A stretch of 27,354 nt of DNA from Verrucomicrobiota bacterium. Lineage in GTDB: Bacteria; Verrucomicrobiota; Verrucomicrobiia; Verrucomicrobiales; DEV007. Below, one piece after another: positions 1 to 8,323 of this stretch (the stretch's first letter is position 1; the number at the start of each line of letters is the position of its first letter). The notes under the pieces were generated by a model, which saw only the letters and a list, made by a program, of their open reading frames with translations, had not been told where the DNA came from and made no database searches. The stretch is from NCBI GenBank assembly GCA_045046875.1, contig JASFYY010000125.1:1-27354 (forward strand), given 5' to 3'. The translations under genes were made by a program, and so were the position numbers.

Positions 1-16
1 AACAGTATAATATGTA

Positions 17-48
17 ACTGTCCGCAATAACATATTATTCCGGACAGT
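17..48. repeat. Near-perfect palindrome (14-bp arms, 1 mismatch, 4-nt centre), candidate recombinase or regulator site
   Basis: ACTGTCCGCAATAA-CATA-TTATTCCGGACAGT. Direct repeats GTATAATA lie at 5-12 and 51-58. Confidence 0.6.
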
Positions 49-210
49 CTGTATAATAGGGGCAAAGGTAACCCGTCTGAGCAGACTTCGTCCCTTTTAT
101 TTCTTAGACAGGCTAAATTTCTCCTGTTGAAATATTGCTCAGCATTTTAAGAGAAAAGAAAATCTAGATCAAGGTTTTTCCTCTCTCGTTTATTCTGACC
201 CAATATCCAT

Positions 211-438
211 TTAAACTGCGCTCATAAGCCCAACATCCCCGATTGCTTCCACCGGACAGTCCTTCATTGCTTCCAAAACCTGGAGCACTTCTCGCTCAGC
301 CTGCGGCTGCGCAAATACGATGTGATAGCCGCCTTCACTGGATTCCCTGAAAAATTCAGGGGCTGATTCACTACATAGACTGCAACAGATGCATTCCTCG
401 TCCACGTAAAATCTCCCGCTTACATTCTCTTCAAATCC
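211..438 (-). pseudogene. Monocluster [4Fe-4S]/[3Fe-4S] ferredoxin, 5' end apparently lost
   Basis: CICCSLC (CxxCxxC) plus distal CPVEAI. The frame extends past the GTG at 405 as GFEENVSGRFYVD, typical of this family's N-terminus, then hits TAA at 439-441 with no further ATG/GTG/TTG. A short product from GTG405 is possible. Confidence 0.65.
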
Positions 439-442
439 TTAT

Positions 443-709
443 TTACAGCCCGATCTCCACTCCAGCACCGAACTCAGCAATTTTGATCTCATCATCAATC
501 TCGTCGCCCTCGGCCTGGGAAGCTCAATCGTTCCCCGCCGGGCGCTGCGGCCCTACGGTCACCGTTTACAGGTCGACATCGCCGAACCCAAAACGCCGCT
601 GCAGCGTACCATCGGAGTGTATGCAGAAAAATCCGCCAACCGCAATCCGACCATACAACAGTTTGTCGATAGCATCCTCTTCGGCTGGAAAGCTACGCCG
701 CAATCGTAG
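443..709 (+). pseudogene. C-terminal remnant of a LysR-type regulator (substrate-binding domain)
   Basis: Manual translation: LQPDLHSSTELSNFDLIINLVALGLGSSIVPRRALRPYGHRLQVDIAEPKTPLQRTIGVYAEKSANRNPTIQQFVDSILFGWKATPQS*. The 'LVALGLG..IVP' and 'QQFVD' motifs are typical of LysR C-termini. No usable start, no HTH; upstream in-frame TAA at 407-409. Confidence 0.75.
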
Positions 710-720
710 TGAAATCTCGC

Positions 721-3237
721 TCAGCCCTCAGTCTCAACCGTCTCCGGCTCTTCACGGCCGGGGTCATTTTGATTCAGCACAGTGAACTTCAAAGCTTTGA
801 TCTCTTCGTCAGGGTTGCGAACCACTTCTAGCGTATCGCCTTCGGTGATGTCTCCTCGCAACAACAACTCTGCCAGTGGATCCTCCAATTGTTTTTCCAC
901 CGCACGTCTCATCGGACGAGCACCGTAGTCAGGGTCGTATCCCTCTTCGATAAGGAAATCCTTGGCGCTGCCCTGCAGTTCGAGTGTGATCGACTTTTCA
1001 GCCAGGCGCTTGAGCACGGCCGCAATTTCGAGATCGATGATCTTGACCAACTCATCTTTACCCAGCATGTGGAAAACAATCTGATCGTCGAGACGATTGA
1101 GAAATTCCGGCTTGAAAATCGTCTTGGCTTCTTCGAGAATTTTGGATTTCATACCATCATAACCATCGTCCTCGCTCGACATCGCTCCAAAACCGAGTGA
1201 AGTCTGTTTTTTGATCAACTGCGCTCCGGCATTCGAAGTCAGGATGATAATCGTATTACGGAAGTCCACTTTGCGCCCCATGGAGTCGGTGACGGTGCCT
1301 TCCTCAAGAATCTGCAACAAAAGGTGCATGACGTCAGGGTGCGCTTTTTCCACTTCGTCAAAAAGAACCACCGAATAAGGCTTGCGTCGAACCGCTTCAG
1401 AAAGCTGTCCGCCCTCTTCATAACCGACGTAGCCAGGAGGCGATCCCACCAAACGACTGGTGGTGAATTTCTCCATGTATTCGGACATGTCGATCTGGAT
1501 CAGGGAATCCGGATCTCCAAACATGAACTCGGCCAGATTACGGGCGAGAAATGTTTTGCCGACCCCGGTGGGTCCGAGGAAAATAAAGGAGCCAATCGGA
1601 CGGCGCGGGTCTTTCAAATCTGCACGACTGCGGCGCAGCGCCTTGCTGATCGCGGTGACGGCTTCATCCTGACCAATGACTTTTTCTTTCAGCTCATCCT
1701 CCATCCTGAGCAAACGAGCGGCTTCTTTTTGCTCCATTCGCTGCAACGGCACTCCGGTCCATTTGGAGACCACCGCCATGATGTCATCCTCGATCACTTC
1801 AACGATATTTTCTTCATTCTCGCCCAACCACTGCTCGAGCGCTTTTTCCAACTCAATGCGGGTGGTTTTTTCCTGATCCCGCAAAGCGGCGGCTTTTTCA
1901 AAATCCTGGTCTTTGATCGCGGCTTCTTTTTCGCTCACGATTCCTTCGATTTTCACTTCGATCTCCTTGAACTCAGGCGGACGGGTCATCGCTCCGATAC
2001 GGGCTTTCGAACCCGCTTCATCCATGATGTCGATTGCCTTGTCGGGCAGAAAACGCCCGGTCAAATAACGTTCGGAAAGTTTCACGCAGGCTTCAATAGC
2101 CATAGTGGTATAACTCGCCTTGTGATGCGCCTCGTATTTGCCACGCAACCCATGCAGAATCTTGATCGCGTCTTCGACATTAGGCTCCTCCACCTTCACC
2201 GTCTGGAAACGACGTTCCAGCGCGGCATCTTTTTCGATATACTTACGGTATTCGTTCAATGTCGTAGCGCCAATGCACTGCAACTCACCCCGACTGAGCG
2301 CCGGTTTGATGATGTTGGAGGCATCCATCGCCCCCTCAGCGGAACCCGCTCCGACGATCGTATGCAATTCGTCGATGAACAAAATGATATTCTTAGCGCG
2401 ACGGATTTCGTCCATCACCGCTTTGATGCGCTCTTCGAACTGACCACGGTACTTGGTGCCAGCCACCATCAGGGCCAGATCAAGAGTGATGACTTTCTGG
2501 TCACGCAACAACTCAGGCACATTGCCGGAAGTGATTTCCTGGGCCAGTCCTTCAACGATGGCCGTTTTGCCCACCCCGGCTTCACCGATCAGAACCGGGT
2601 TATTCTTGGTTCGACGACAAAGAATCTGGATCACGCGTTCGATTTCGTCCTGACGACCAATCACCGGATCGAGTTCGCCTTCCTGAGCCAATTCGGTCAA
2701 ATCGCGGCCAAAAGCACGCAATGCTGGAGTTTTGGAGTCTTTTTTGCCCCCGGAATGCACCCCTTCTTCAAATTCATCTTCGCTCTCTTCGGGAGCAAAA
2801 TTAGGATCGAGCTCATGCAGGATCTCATTACGAGTGCGCTCGATGTCCACTTCAAGATTTTTGAGCACCCGAGCGGCAACACCCTCACCTTCACGCAGCA
2901 GGCCAAGCAGGATGTGCTCAGTGCCGACATAAGAGTGGTTCAATGCGTTGGCCTCTTTGCCGGCAAGTGCCAGCACCTTCTTGACCCGCGGGGTATAAGG
3001 GATATTGCCGACCATTTTGGTCTCCGGCCCATTGCCCACTTGTTTTTCGACTTCCAACCTCACGGTCTCGAGGTCGAGGTTCATTTTTTGCAATACATTG
3101 ACAGCAACCCCCTGACCTAATTTGATCAGGCCGAGCAACAAATGCTCCGTGCCAACATAATTGTGATTGAATCGGTCGGCCTCTTTTCGGGCGAGGGCCA
3201 GTACCTGTTGAGCTCTGGGTGTGAAGTTATTCATCAT
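721..3237 (-). CDS. clpC: ATP-dependent Clp protease ATP-binding subunit ClpC
   Basis: 838 aa; duplicated Clp-N repeats ([11 protein letters not shown] / [11 protein letters not shown]), Walker A motifs GEAGVGKT and GPTGVGKT, short UVR middle domain ([10 protein letters not shown]), LGF ClpP-docking loop. Start overlaps the mcsB stop. Confidence 0.97.
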   Translation of the reverse strand: MMNNFTPRAQQVLALARKEADRFNHNYVGTEHLLLGLIKLGQGVAVNVLQKMNLDLETVRLEVEKQVGNGPETKMVGNIPYTPRVKKVLALAGKEANALNHSYVGTEHILLGLLREGEGVAARVLKNLEVDIERTRNEILHELDPNFAPEESEDEFEEGVHSGGKKDSKTPALRAFGRDLTELAQEGELDPVIGRQDEIERVIQILCRRTKNNPVLIGEAGVGKTAIVEGLAQEITSGNVPELLRDQKVITLDLALMVAGTKYRGQFEERIKAVMDEIRRAKNIILFIDELHTIVGAGSAEGAMDASNIIKPALSRGELQCIGATTLNEYRKYIEKDAALERRFQTVKVEEPNVEDAIKILHGLRGKYEAHHKASYTTMAIEACVKLSERYLTGRFLPDKAIDIMDEAGSKARIGAMTRPPEFKEIEVKIEGIVSEKEAAIKDQDFEKAAALRDQEKTTRIELEKALEQWLGENEENIVEVIEDDIMAVVSKWTGVPLQRMEQKEAARLLRMEDELKEKVIGQDEAVTAISKALRRSRADLKDPRRPIGSFIFLGPTGVGKTFLARNLAEFMFGDPDSLIQIDMSEYMEKFTTSRLVGSPPGYVGYEEGGQLSEAVRRKPYSVVLFDEVEKAHPDVMHLLLQILEEGTVTDSMGRKVDFRNTIIILTSNAGAQLIKKQTSLGFGAMSSEDDGYDGMKSKILEEAKTIFKPEFLNRLDDQIVFHMLGKDELVKIIDLEIAAVLKRLAEKSITLELQGSAKDFLIEEGYDPDYGARPMRRAVEKQLEDPLAELLLRGDITEGDTLEVVRNPDEEIKALKFTVLNQNDPGREEPETVETEG

Positions 3238-4330
3238 CTGCGTCCTTATTCAGTATATCATCAAAGCAGGGTTCAGTCAGGTTTTTTAGGTGACGACGAA
3301 CGATTTCTGCTCTCAGCACGTCTCTTTCTGCTGCATTTAGTTTGCGTTTGGCCTCTATTTGCAAGTGGGCGGGTTGGATTTCGGTCAGTAAAACATTGAT
3401 CACATCCCGTTCCTCGGCATTAAAAACACCAAGATCGATGCCGAGACGCACCATCGAAAGAAAGTTCATCGCCTCCTTGGACGGAATGATATAAGCGTAA
3501 CGCAAAGTGGCATAAGCCCGACCAATCTGGTCTTGCAACATGGTGGACTGATCTTCCGTCAGTTTGAGACGAGCATTTTCTTCGTTCTCAATAATGCGAA
3601 CGATAACCTTGTCCAGGTGCTCGATGATAGACGGCTCATCCTGTCCGAGAGTGGTCTGGTTGGAAATTTGAAACAGATTAGCCAGCGCCTCGGTGCCCTC
3701 TCCATACAAACCGCGCACCGCGAGACCGATTTTATTCGCCGCCTGGATGGTCTGATTGATCTGGTCGCTGAGCACCAGTCCAGGCAGATGCAACATCGCG
3801 GAAGCCCTCAAGCCGGTACCCAAATTAGTAGGGCAAGCGGTGAGGTAACCATATTTGGGGTCGTAAGCGTAGGGCAAATGAGACTCCAATTCATCATCGA
3901 TCTTATCCAAGGTCTGATAAGCCTTCAGCAGTTGCAAACCGGGACGCAAGGCCTGGATACGCAAATGATCTTCTTCATTGATCATGATGCTGATGCTCTG
4001 GTTGCGGTTCATCACCGTCGCACACCCCCCGCTTTTAGCCGCGTGTTCGCGACTGACCAGATGCCGTTCCACCAGTACTTGTTTTTCGATCGCCGAGAGC
4101 TTGGTCATCTCCTGGGAAAAAGCATCACGCATCTCGGGCAATGCCTCAACCGCGGGACGGGCAATGGCCATCAACTGCGAACGCTCTTCCGCACGCGCCC
4201 ATCCGGGAAACGGATGCCCAGACAGATTCCGGGCCAGCCTCACCCGACTCGACACAACAATATCGTTATGCGGACCATCGGCCCGCATCCACTCGGCTGG
4301 TTTTTTCAGCAATGTGGAGAAACGCATCAT
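3227..4330 (-). CDS. mcsB: Protein arginine kinase McsB
   Basis: SSRVRLARN, NEEDH and GYLTACPTNLGTGLRAS phosphagen-kinase motifs; lies between mcsA and clpC. Start moved to ATG 4330 to avoid overlap with mcsA. Confidence 0.93.
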   Translation of the reverse strand: MMRFSTLLKKPAEWMRADGPHNDIVVSSRVRLARNLSGHPFPGWARAEERSQLMAIARPAVEALPEMRDAFSQEMTKLSAIEKQVLVERHLVSREHAAKSGGCATVMNRNQSISIMINEEDHLRIQALRPGLQLLKAYQTLDKIDDELESHLPYAYDPKYGYLTACPTNLGTGLRASAMLHLPGLVLSDQINQTIQAANKIGLAVRGLYGEGTEALANLFQISNQTTLGQDEPSIIEHLDKVIVRIIENEENARLKLTEDQSTMLQDQIGRAYATLRYAYIIPSKEAMNFLSMVRLGIDLGVFNAEERDVINVLLTEIQPAHLQIEAKRKLNAAERDVLRAEIVRRHLKNLTEPCFDDILNKDADDE

Positions 4331-4373
4331 ATCAGTATGGATCAGTCGGGTTAAAATAACAAAGCTTACAAGA

Positions 4374-4928
4374 CTAGACGGATTCGCTACAAGCTTCTTC
4401 TGCTTCGCCACTGGCTTCGAGTTTTTGCAATTGGGTGATCGAATCCCTCAAACGGGCGGCCTCTTCGTAATCTTCTACCAGAATCGCTTCATCGAGCAGC
4501 GCATTCAACTCAATAATTTCTTCGCGAGCCTGTTCCACTCGGCTTTGTGCGGAGCGGGTATCGACAAAATGCGCGGGTTTTTTGCCCCGGTGTTCACTAT
4601 GGCGGTGCATCGCTTGCAACAAATTATCCAAGCCTGAATGGAAAACTTGATAACACTGACTGCAGCCAAAACGACCGGTCTTTTTGAAATCGGACTGGGT
4701 GAACCCGCAAGCTTCACACTTCTCCCCGTCATCCCCCATCACGGCCGAAGGATTGATCGATTCCGTACCGGCCCCTTTTAACAAGTCTGCCAGCGCAAAA
4801 CCCGTTGGATCCGTCACCCCTTTTTCCTCGGCACACTGCTCACAAAGATTCACTTTCTGCATCTTGCCCTCGACCAATTGCGTCAGATAAACGGTCGCAT
4901 TTTTGTTCTGGCAGGAATCGCAAGTCAT
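4374..4928 (-). CDS. mcsA: McsA, activator of McsB
   Basis: Four CxxC motifs (CDSC, CEQC, CEAC, CSQC), FKKTGRFGC, and C-terminal UVR domain EDYEEAARLRD. Confidence 0.93.
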   Translation of the reverse strand: MTCDSCQNKNATVYLTQLVEGKMQKVNLCEQCAEEKGVTDPTGFALADLLKGAGTESINPSAVMGDDGEKCEACGFTQSDFKKTGRFGCSQCYQVFHSGLDNLLQAMHRHSEHRGKKPAHFVDTRSAQSRVEQAREEIIELNALLDEAILVEDYEEAARLRDSITQLQKLEASGEAEEACSESV

Positions 4929-4997
4929 GGTTCTATCTGGAAAGCGTCGCAGGCAGCCTTTGGTTATCCAAAAAAGCCCCGCCGGGTCATTTTGATT

Positions 4998-5882
4998 TTA
5001 ATCGTATATGGGTACCCCTGTTGTCTGGGTCAGTTCACGGAAAAACTCCATCAACCGCAAAGTCACCGGCCCAATTTGACCACTGCCAATCTGACGCCCG
5101 TCATAAGTAGCCACCGGAACGACCTCCGCCGCCGTGCCACTGAGAAAAAACTCGTCAGCAGTGTAAAGCTCGTAACGGGTCAGATCCTGCTCGAACAGCT
5201 CAAAACCCTCTTCGCGGGCAAGATCCATCACCACCCGGCGAGTGATGCCGTTGAGCCCGCCAGCCGTGACTGGCGGGGTGTATATCTTGCCCTCTTTGAC
5301 GATAAAAATATTATCCCCGGTGCATTCGGCGACAAACCCCTGCTCGTTGAGCATGACGCCCTCTTCTGCTCCGGCGTTGATCGCTTCGATCTTCGCCATG
5401 ATATTATTGAGGTAATTGAGCGACTTCACCGAAGGACTGAGCGCCGCTGGTGCAGGACGACGGGTGCCGCAAGTCACCACGGTGAGACCCTGCTGGTATT
5501 TTTCCTCATCATAGAGCGCGATTTTGGATGCGATGATGATCAATGAAGCTTTTTCACAAAGGAAAGGGTTCAGGCCCAAACTGCCTACGCCGCGGGTCAC
5601 CAGCAAACGCACATAACCATCCTGTAAGTCATTAGCGCGAATCGTCTGCATCACCGCTTCGCTGACTTCCTCGTGACTGCAAGGCACCGTCAACTGAATC
5701 GCCTTGGATGAATCGAAAAGCCGGTCAATGTGTTCTTTAAGCTTAAAAACACGCCCATTGTAAAAACGGATGCCTTCAAACACTCCGTCACCATAGAGCA
5801 GTCCGTGATCAAAAACCGATACCTTGGCATCCGCTTCGTCGCAGAGTTTTCCGTCAATGTAAACTTGTAGCGCTTCACTCAT
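4998..5882 (-). CDS. ilvE: Branched-chain amino acid aminotransferase (PLP fold type IV)
   Basis: DHGLLYGDGVFEG, PLP lysine in VKSLNYLNN, ECTGDNIF, LNGITR, ADEFFLSGTAAEV. Confidence 0.92.
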   Translation of the reverse strand: MSEALQVYIDGKLCDEADAKVSVFDHGLLYGDGVFEGIRFYNGRVFKLKEHIDRLFDSSKAIQLTVPCSHEEVSEAVMQTIRANDLQDGYVRLLVTRGVGSLGLNPFLCEKASLIIIASKIALYDEEKYQQGLTVVTCGTRRPAPAALSPSVKSLNYLNNIMAKIEAINAGAEEGVMLNEQGFVAECTGDNIFIVKEGKIYTPPVTAGGLNGITRRVVMDLAREEGFELFEQDLTRYELYTADEFFLSGTAAEVVPVATYDGRQIGSGQIGPVTLRLMEFFRELTQTTGVPIYD

Positions 5883-5988
5883 TTCTATAGATCAATTTTG
5901 AAAATATTTTTACTCGCACTCCACATCATTCTTTTAACAAAAATGTGAGCCCTGATGAGCACTGGTTTGTATTGTTTTTTGCAACTCT

Positions 5989-6017
5989 ATCAGTGTTTAT
6001 CAGTGAAATCAGTGGTT
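5989..6017. repeat. Triple ATCAGTG short-repeat element
   Basis: ATCAGTG at 5989, 5999 and 6008, ending GGTT. Degenerate complementary units (CCCTGAT, CACTGGT) lie at about 5950-5966. Confidence 0.6.
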
Positions 6018-6051
6018 ATAATTTTTTGCCGTGTATTACGATTTTTTTATT

Positions 6052-6756
6052 CTAGCTGGACTGCGACTTCATCCGTCCATCCGCCAATTCCAAGGTCCGG
6101 TCGCCGGATTTAGCCAACTCCCTATCGTGGGTCACAACCAACAGTGTTTTATTCTGTTCGTCCACCAAAGAGAGCAACAGATCCATCACTTCTCCGCCCG
6201 ACTTGGAATCGAGATTGCCCGTCGGTTCATCCGCAAAAAGTATCTCAGGATCATTGATCAAGGATCGGGCAATAGCGACCCGTTGCTGCTCGCCGCCCGA
6301 CAACTCAGTCGGCAAATGCTGCACCCGGGAGCCCAAACCTACCCGCTCAAGCAGCTCGTCGGCACGCTCCAGACTCGGCTTACCTCCAATCAAAGCCGGC
6401 AGGCAGACGTTTTCGCGTGCGGTCAGCTCCGGCAACAGCGCGTAATTTTGAAAGACATAACCCATCCGCCGATTGCGGCATTTAGCCTGGCGACTGCCGC
6501 TCAACTGATAAAGCGCTTCGCCTGAGATATACACCTCACCCTTATTCGGCTTTTCCAAACCTGCCAAAGTATAGAGCAAAGAGGTTTTACCCGCGCCCGA
6601 AGCACCGCAGAGAAATAGTTTTTCCCCCGGCTGCACTTTGAGGCTCACCCCGCGCAGCACCTCAATCCGGCTGCTGCCGATTTCAAACGTGCGATAGACA
6701 TCCTCGGCAACGATGATGTCCTCTTTAACTGGCTGTTTTTTATCCTCCGGGTTCAC
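6052..6756 (-). CDS. ABC transporter ATP-binding protein, LolD/MacB-type
   Basis: GASGAGKT, GYVFQNYALLPELTARENV, LSGGEQQRVAIAR, ADEPTGNLD, VTHD. Confidence 0.9.
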   Translation of the reverse strand: MNPEDKKQPVKEDIIVAEDVYRTFEIGSSRIEVLRGVSLKVQPGEKLFLCGASGAGKTSLLYTLAGLEKPNKGEVYISGEALYQLSGSRQAKCRNRRMGYVFQNYALLPELTARENVCLPALIGGKPSLERADELLERVGLGSRVQHLPTELSGGEQQRVAIARSLINDPEILFADEPTGNLDSKSGGEVMDLLLSLVDEQNKTLLVVTHDRELAKSGDRTLELADGRMKSQSS

Positions 6757-6803
6757 AAGCCTTATCTGTAAACCGATAACCCAAGGGTGACGAATAGTTT
6801 TTG

Positions 6804-6820
6804 AGCTTCCCTGTTGCCAA
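6804..6820 (-). promoter_or_regulatory. Possible sigma54 promoter upstream of the lolD-like gene
   Basis: Minus strand TTGGCAACAGGGAAGCT: GG-N10-GC spacing is correct, but the -12 context is imperfect. Confidence 0.3.
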
Positions 6821-6860
6821 AATCAGATGCTTTTTTGCCAGACTGGGTCTATTTATAAAA

Positions 6861-8303
6861 ATGAAGATCCCCCCTCCTACTTCTAAACCCCGCCTCACGG
6901 CTAAATTAATCTCCCACCTGGGCAAAACATCGCTTGTGACTTTGATTTTTTGCCTGCTGACGACCCACTCGCTGCTGGCCGCAGATACAAACTTCCGCTT
7001 AGCCACATTTTCAGCCGATGTCACCCCGCCACTGGGACACACGCTGTTCACCGGGGGTTGGAAAAAAGCCGAGTCCATCCTATCCCCACTCGAAGCCCGC
7101 GGATTTGTGCTGCTACCTCCCGCAGCCAAACCTGTGGTATTTTGTGCCATCGACTGGTCAGAGATTCGCAATGACGCACATCAACGCTGGCGGGAAGTAT
7201 TGGCACAAGCAGCTGGTACCAGCCCGGAACGAGTGATGATTTGTGCCATCCATCAACACGACACCCCGCTCGCCGATCTAGCGGCACAGAGAATCCTCGA
7301 ACGCTACCAATCCCCCCATCAAGTGATCGATCTCGATTTCCATGAGCGCAGTGTGCAAGCCGTAGCCACAGCCCTGCGTGAGTCTTTACGCTCCAAACAA
7401 ATCGTCACCCACATTGGCAACGGCCAAGCCAAGGTGGAAAAAATCGCCTCCAACCGCCGCTACCTGCTCGACGACGGCACTATCAAATATGACCGCGGCA
7501 GTGCTTGCCGTATTCCCGCCGCGCAAGCTGCATCCGAGGGCATCATCGACCCTTTTTTGAAAACCCTCAGTTTCTGGAATGAGGACAAAGCGCTTTGCGC
7601 GCTTAGCATCTACGCCACTCACCCGATGAGTTATTACCAGACTCAAAAGGTCAACCCGGATTTCCCCGGCATCGCCCGCGCCCGGCGACAAAAAGATGAT
7701 GCCGCTGTGTTCCAGATTTTTGCCAATGGTGCTGCTGGCAATGTCACCGCAGGCAAATACAATGACGGCCAACATGAAAATCGCGCAGTCCTGGCTGACC
7801 GGCTTTACCAAGGCATGCTCAAAGCTTGGAAAAATACCAAAAAACAAACTCTCACCAGCTTGGACTTCCGTCAGGAAATCGTGAAATTCTCCCCCAATCA
7901 AAGGCCTGGATTGGAACGTGATTATTTGATTCAAGTTTTGTCAAAAGAAGGCGACGCCCGCCGCCACGGCATGGCTGCGATATCGCTCAGTTGGTTGGAG
8001 CGAGCGGAAAAAGAAGGTGGCCAGGGCCTCATCAACCTGCCGCTGTTCGAATTTAACCAAGGGCAATCCCAACTGTTGCTGTTGCCCGCAGAGATTTATG
8101 TTGAGTATCAACTTTTTGCCCAAAAGCAACGCCCCGACTCATTTGTGATGACTGCCGGTTACGGTCAATGCGCCCCCGGATACATCCCACTCGAACGCCA
8201 CCGGGAAGAAAAAGACGGCAATTTACACAGTTGGTGCTGGGTAGCTCCCGGCATCGAACCCGTGCTCAAAAAAGCGATCGCCGATGTGATCAAAGGGAAA
8301 TGA
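6861..8303 (+). CDS. Exported hypothetical hydrolase, neutral/alkaline ceramidase-like superfamily
   Basis: Signal-like N-terminus; ADVTPPLG, PLEARGFVL, CAIHQHDTP, YATHP, GAAGNV, LPAEIYVEYQ, GYIP. Start at ATG 6861 is inferred. Confidence 0.7.
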   Translation: MKIPPPTSKPRLTAKLISHLGKTSLVTLIFCLLTTHSLLAADTNFRLATFSADVTPPLGHTLFTGGWKKAESILSPLEARGFVLLPPAAKPVVFCAIDWSEIRNDAHQRWREVLAQAAGTSPERVMICAIHQHDTPLADLAAQRILERYQSPHQVIDLDFHERSVQAVATALRESLRSKQIVTHIGNGQAKVEKIASNRRYLLDDGTIKYDRGSACRIPAAQAASEGIIDPFLKTLSFWNEDKALCALSIYATHPMSYYQTQKVNPDFPGIARARRQKDDAAVFQIFANGAAGNVTAGKYNDGQHENRAVLADRLYQGMLKAWKNTKKQTLTSLDFRQEIVKFSPNQRPGLERDYLIQVLSKEGDARRHGMAAISLSWLERAEKEGGQGLINLPLFEFNQGQSQLLLLPAEIYVEYQLFAQKQRPDSFVMTAGYGQCAPGYIPLERHREEKDGNLHSWCWVAPGIEPVLKKAIADVIKGK

Positions 8304-8323
8304 CCAGCCCGGCCATTCAAAGT

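Noticed and set aside
483..785. 100-aa plus-strand ORF from the track
   Set aside because: Wrong frame: the overlapping frame encodes the recognisable LysR remnant, and this ORF runs into clpC.
1324..3120. 598-aa antisense ORF inside clpC
   Set aside because: Shadow ORF opposite a conserved gene, with no motifs; expected from codon bias.
4331..4411. N-terminal extension of McsB in the ORF track
   Set aside because: Overlaps the mcsA 3' end; ATG 4330/4327 gives a normal-length kinase.
3533..5546. Antisense ORFs of 219-273 aa over mcsB, mcsA and ilvE
   Set aside because: They overlap well-supported genes on the opposite strand and have no recognisable features.
5913..5940. Possible CIRCE or CtsR box upstream of ilvE (GCACTC)
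   Set aside because: Only a partial half-site; no GAGTGC arm at 9-nt spacing and no GTCAA heptad repeats.
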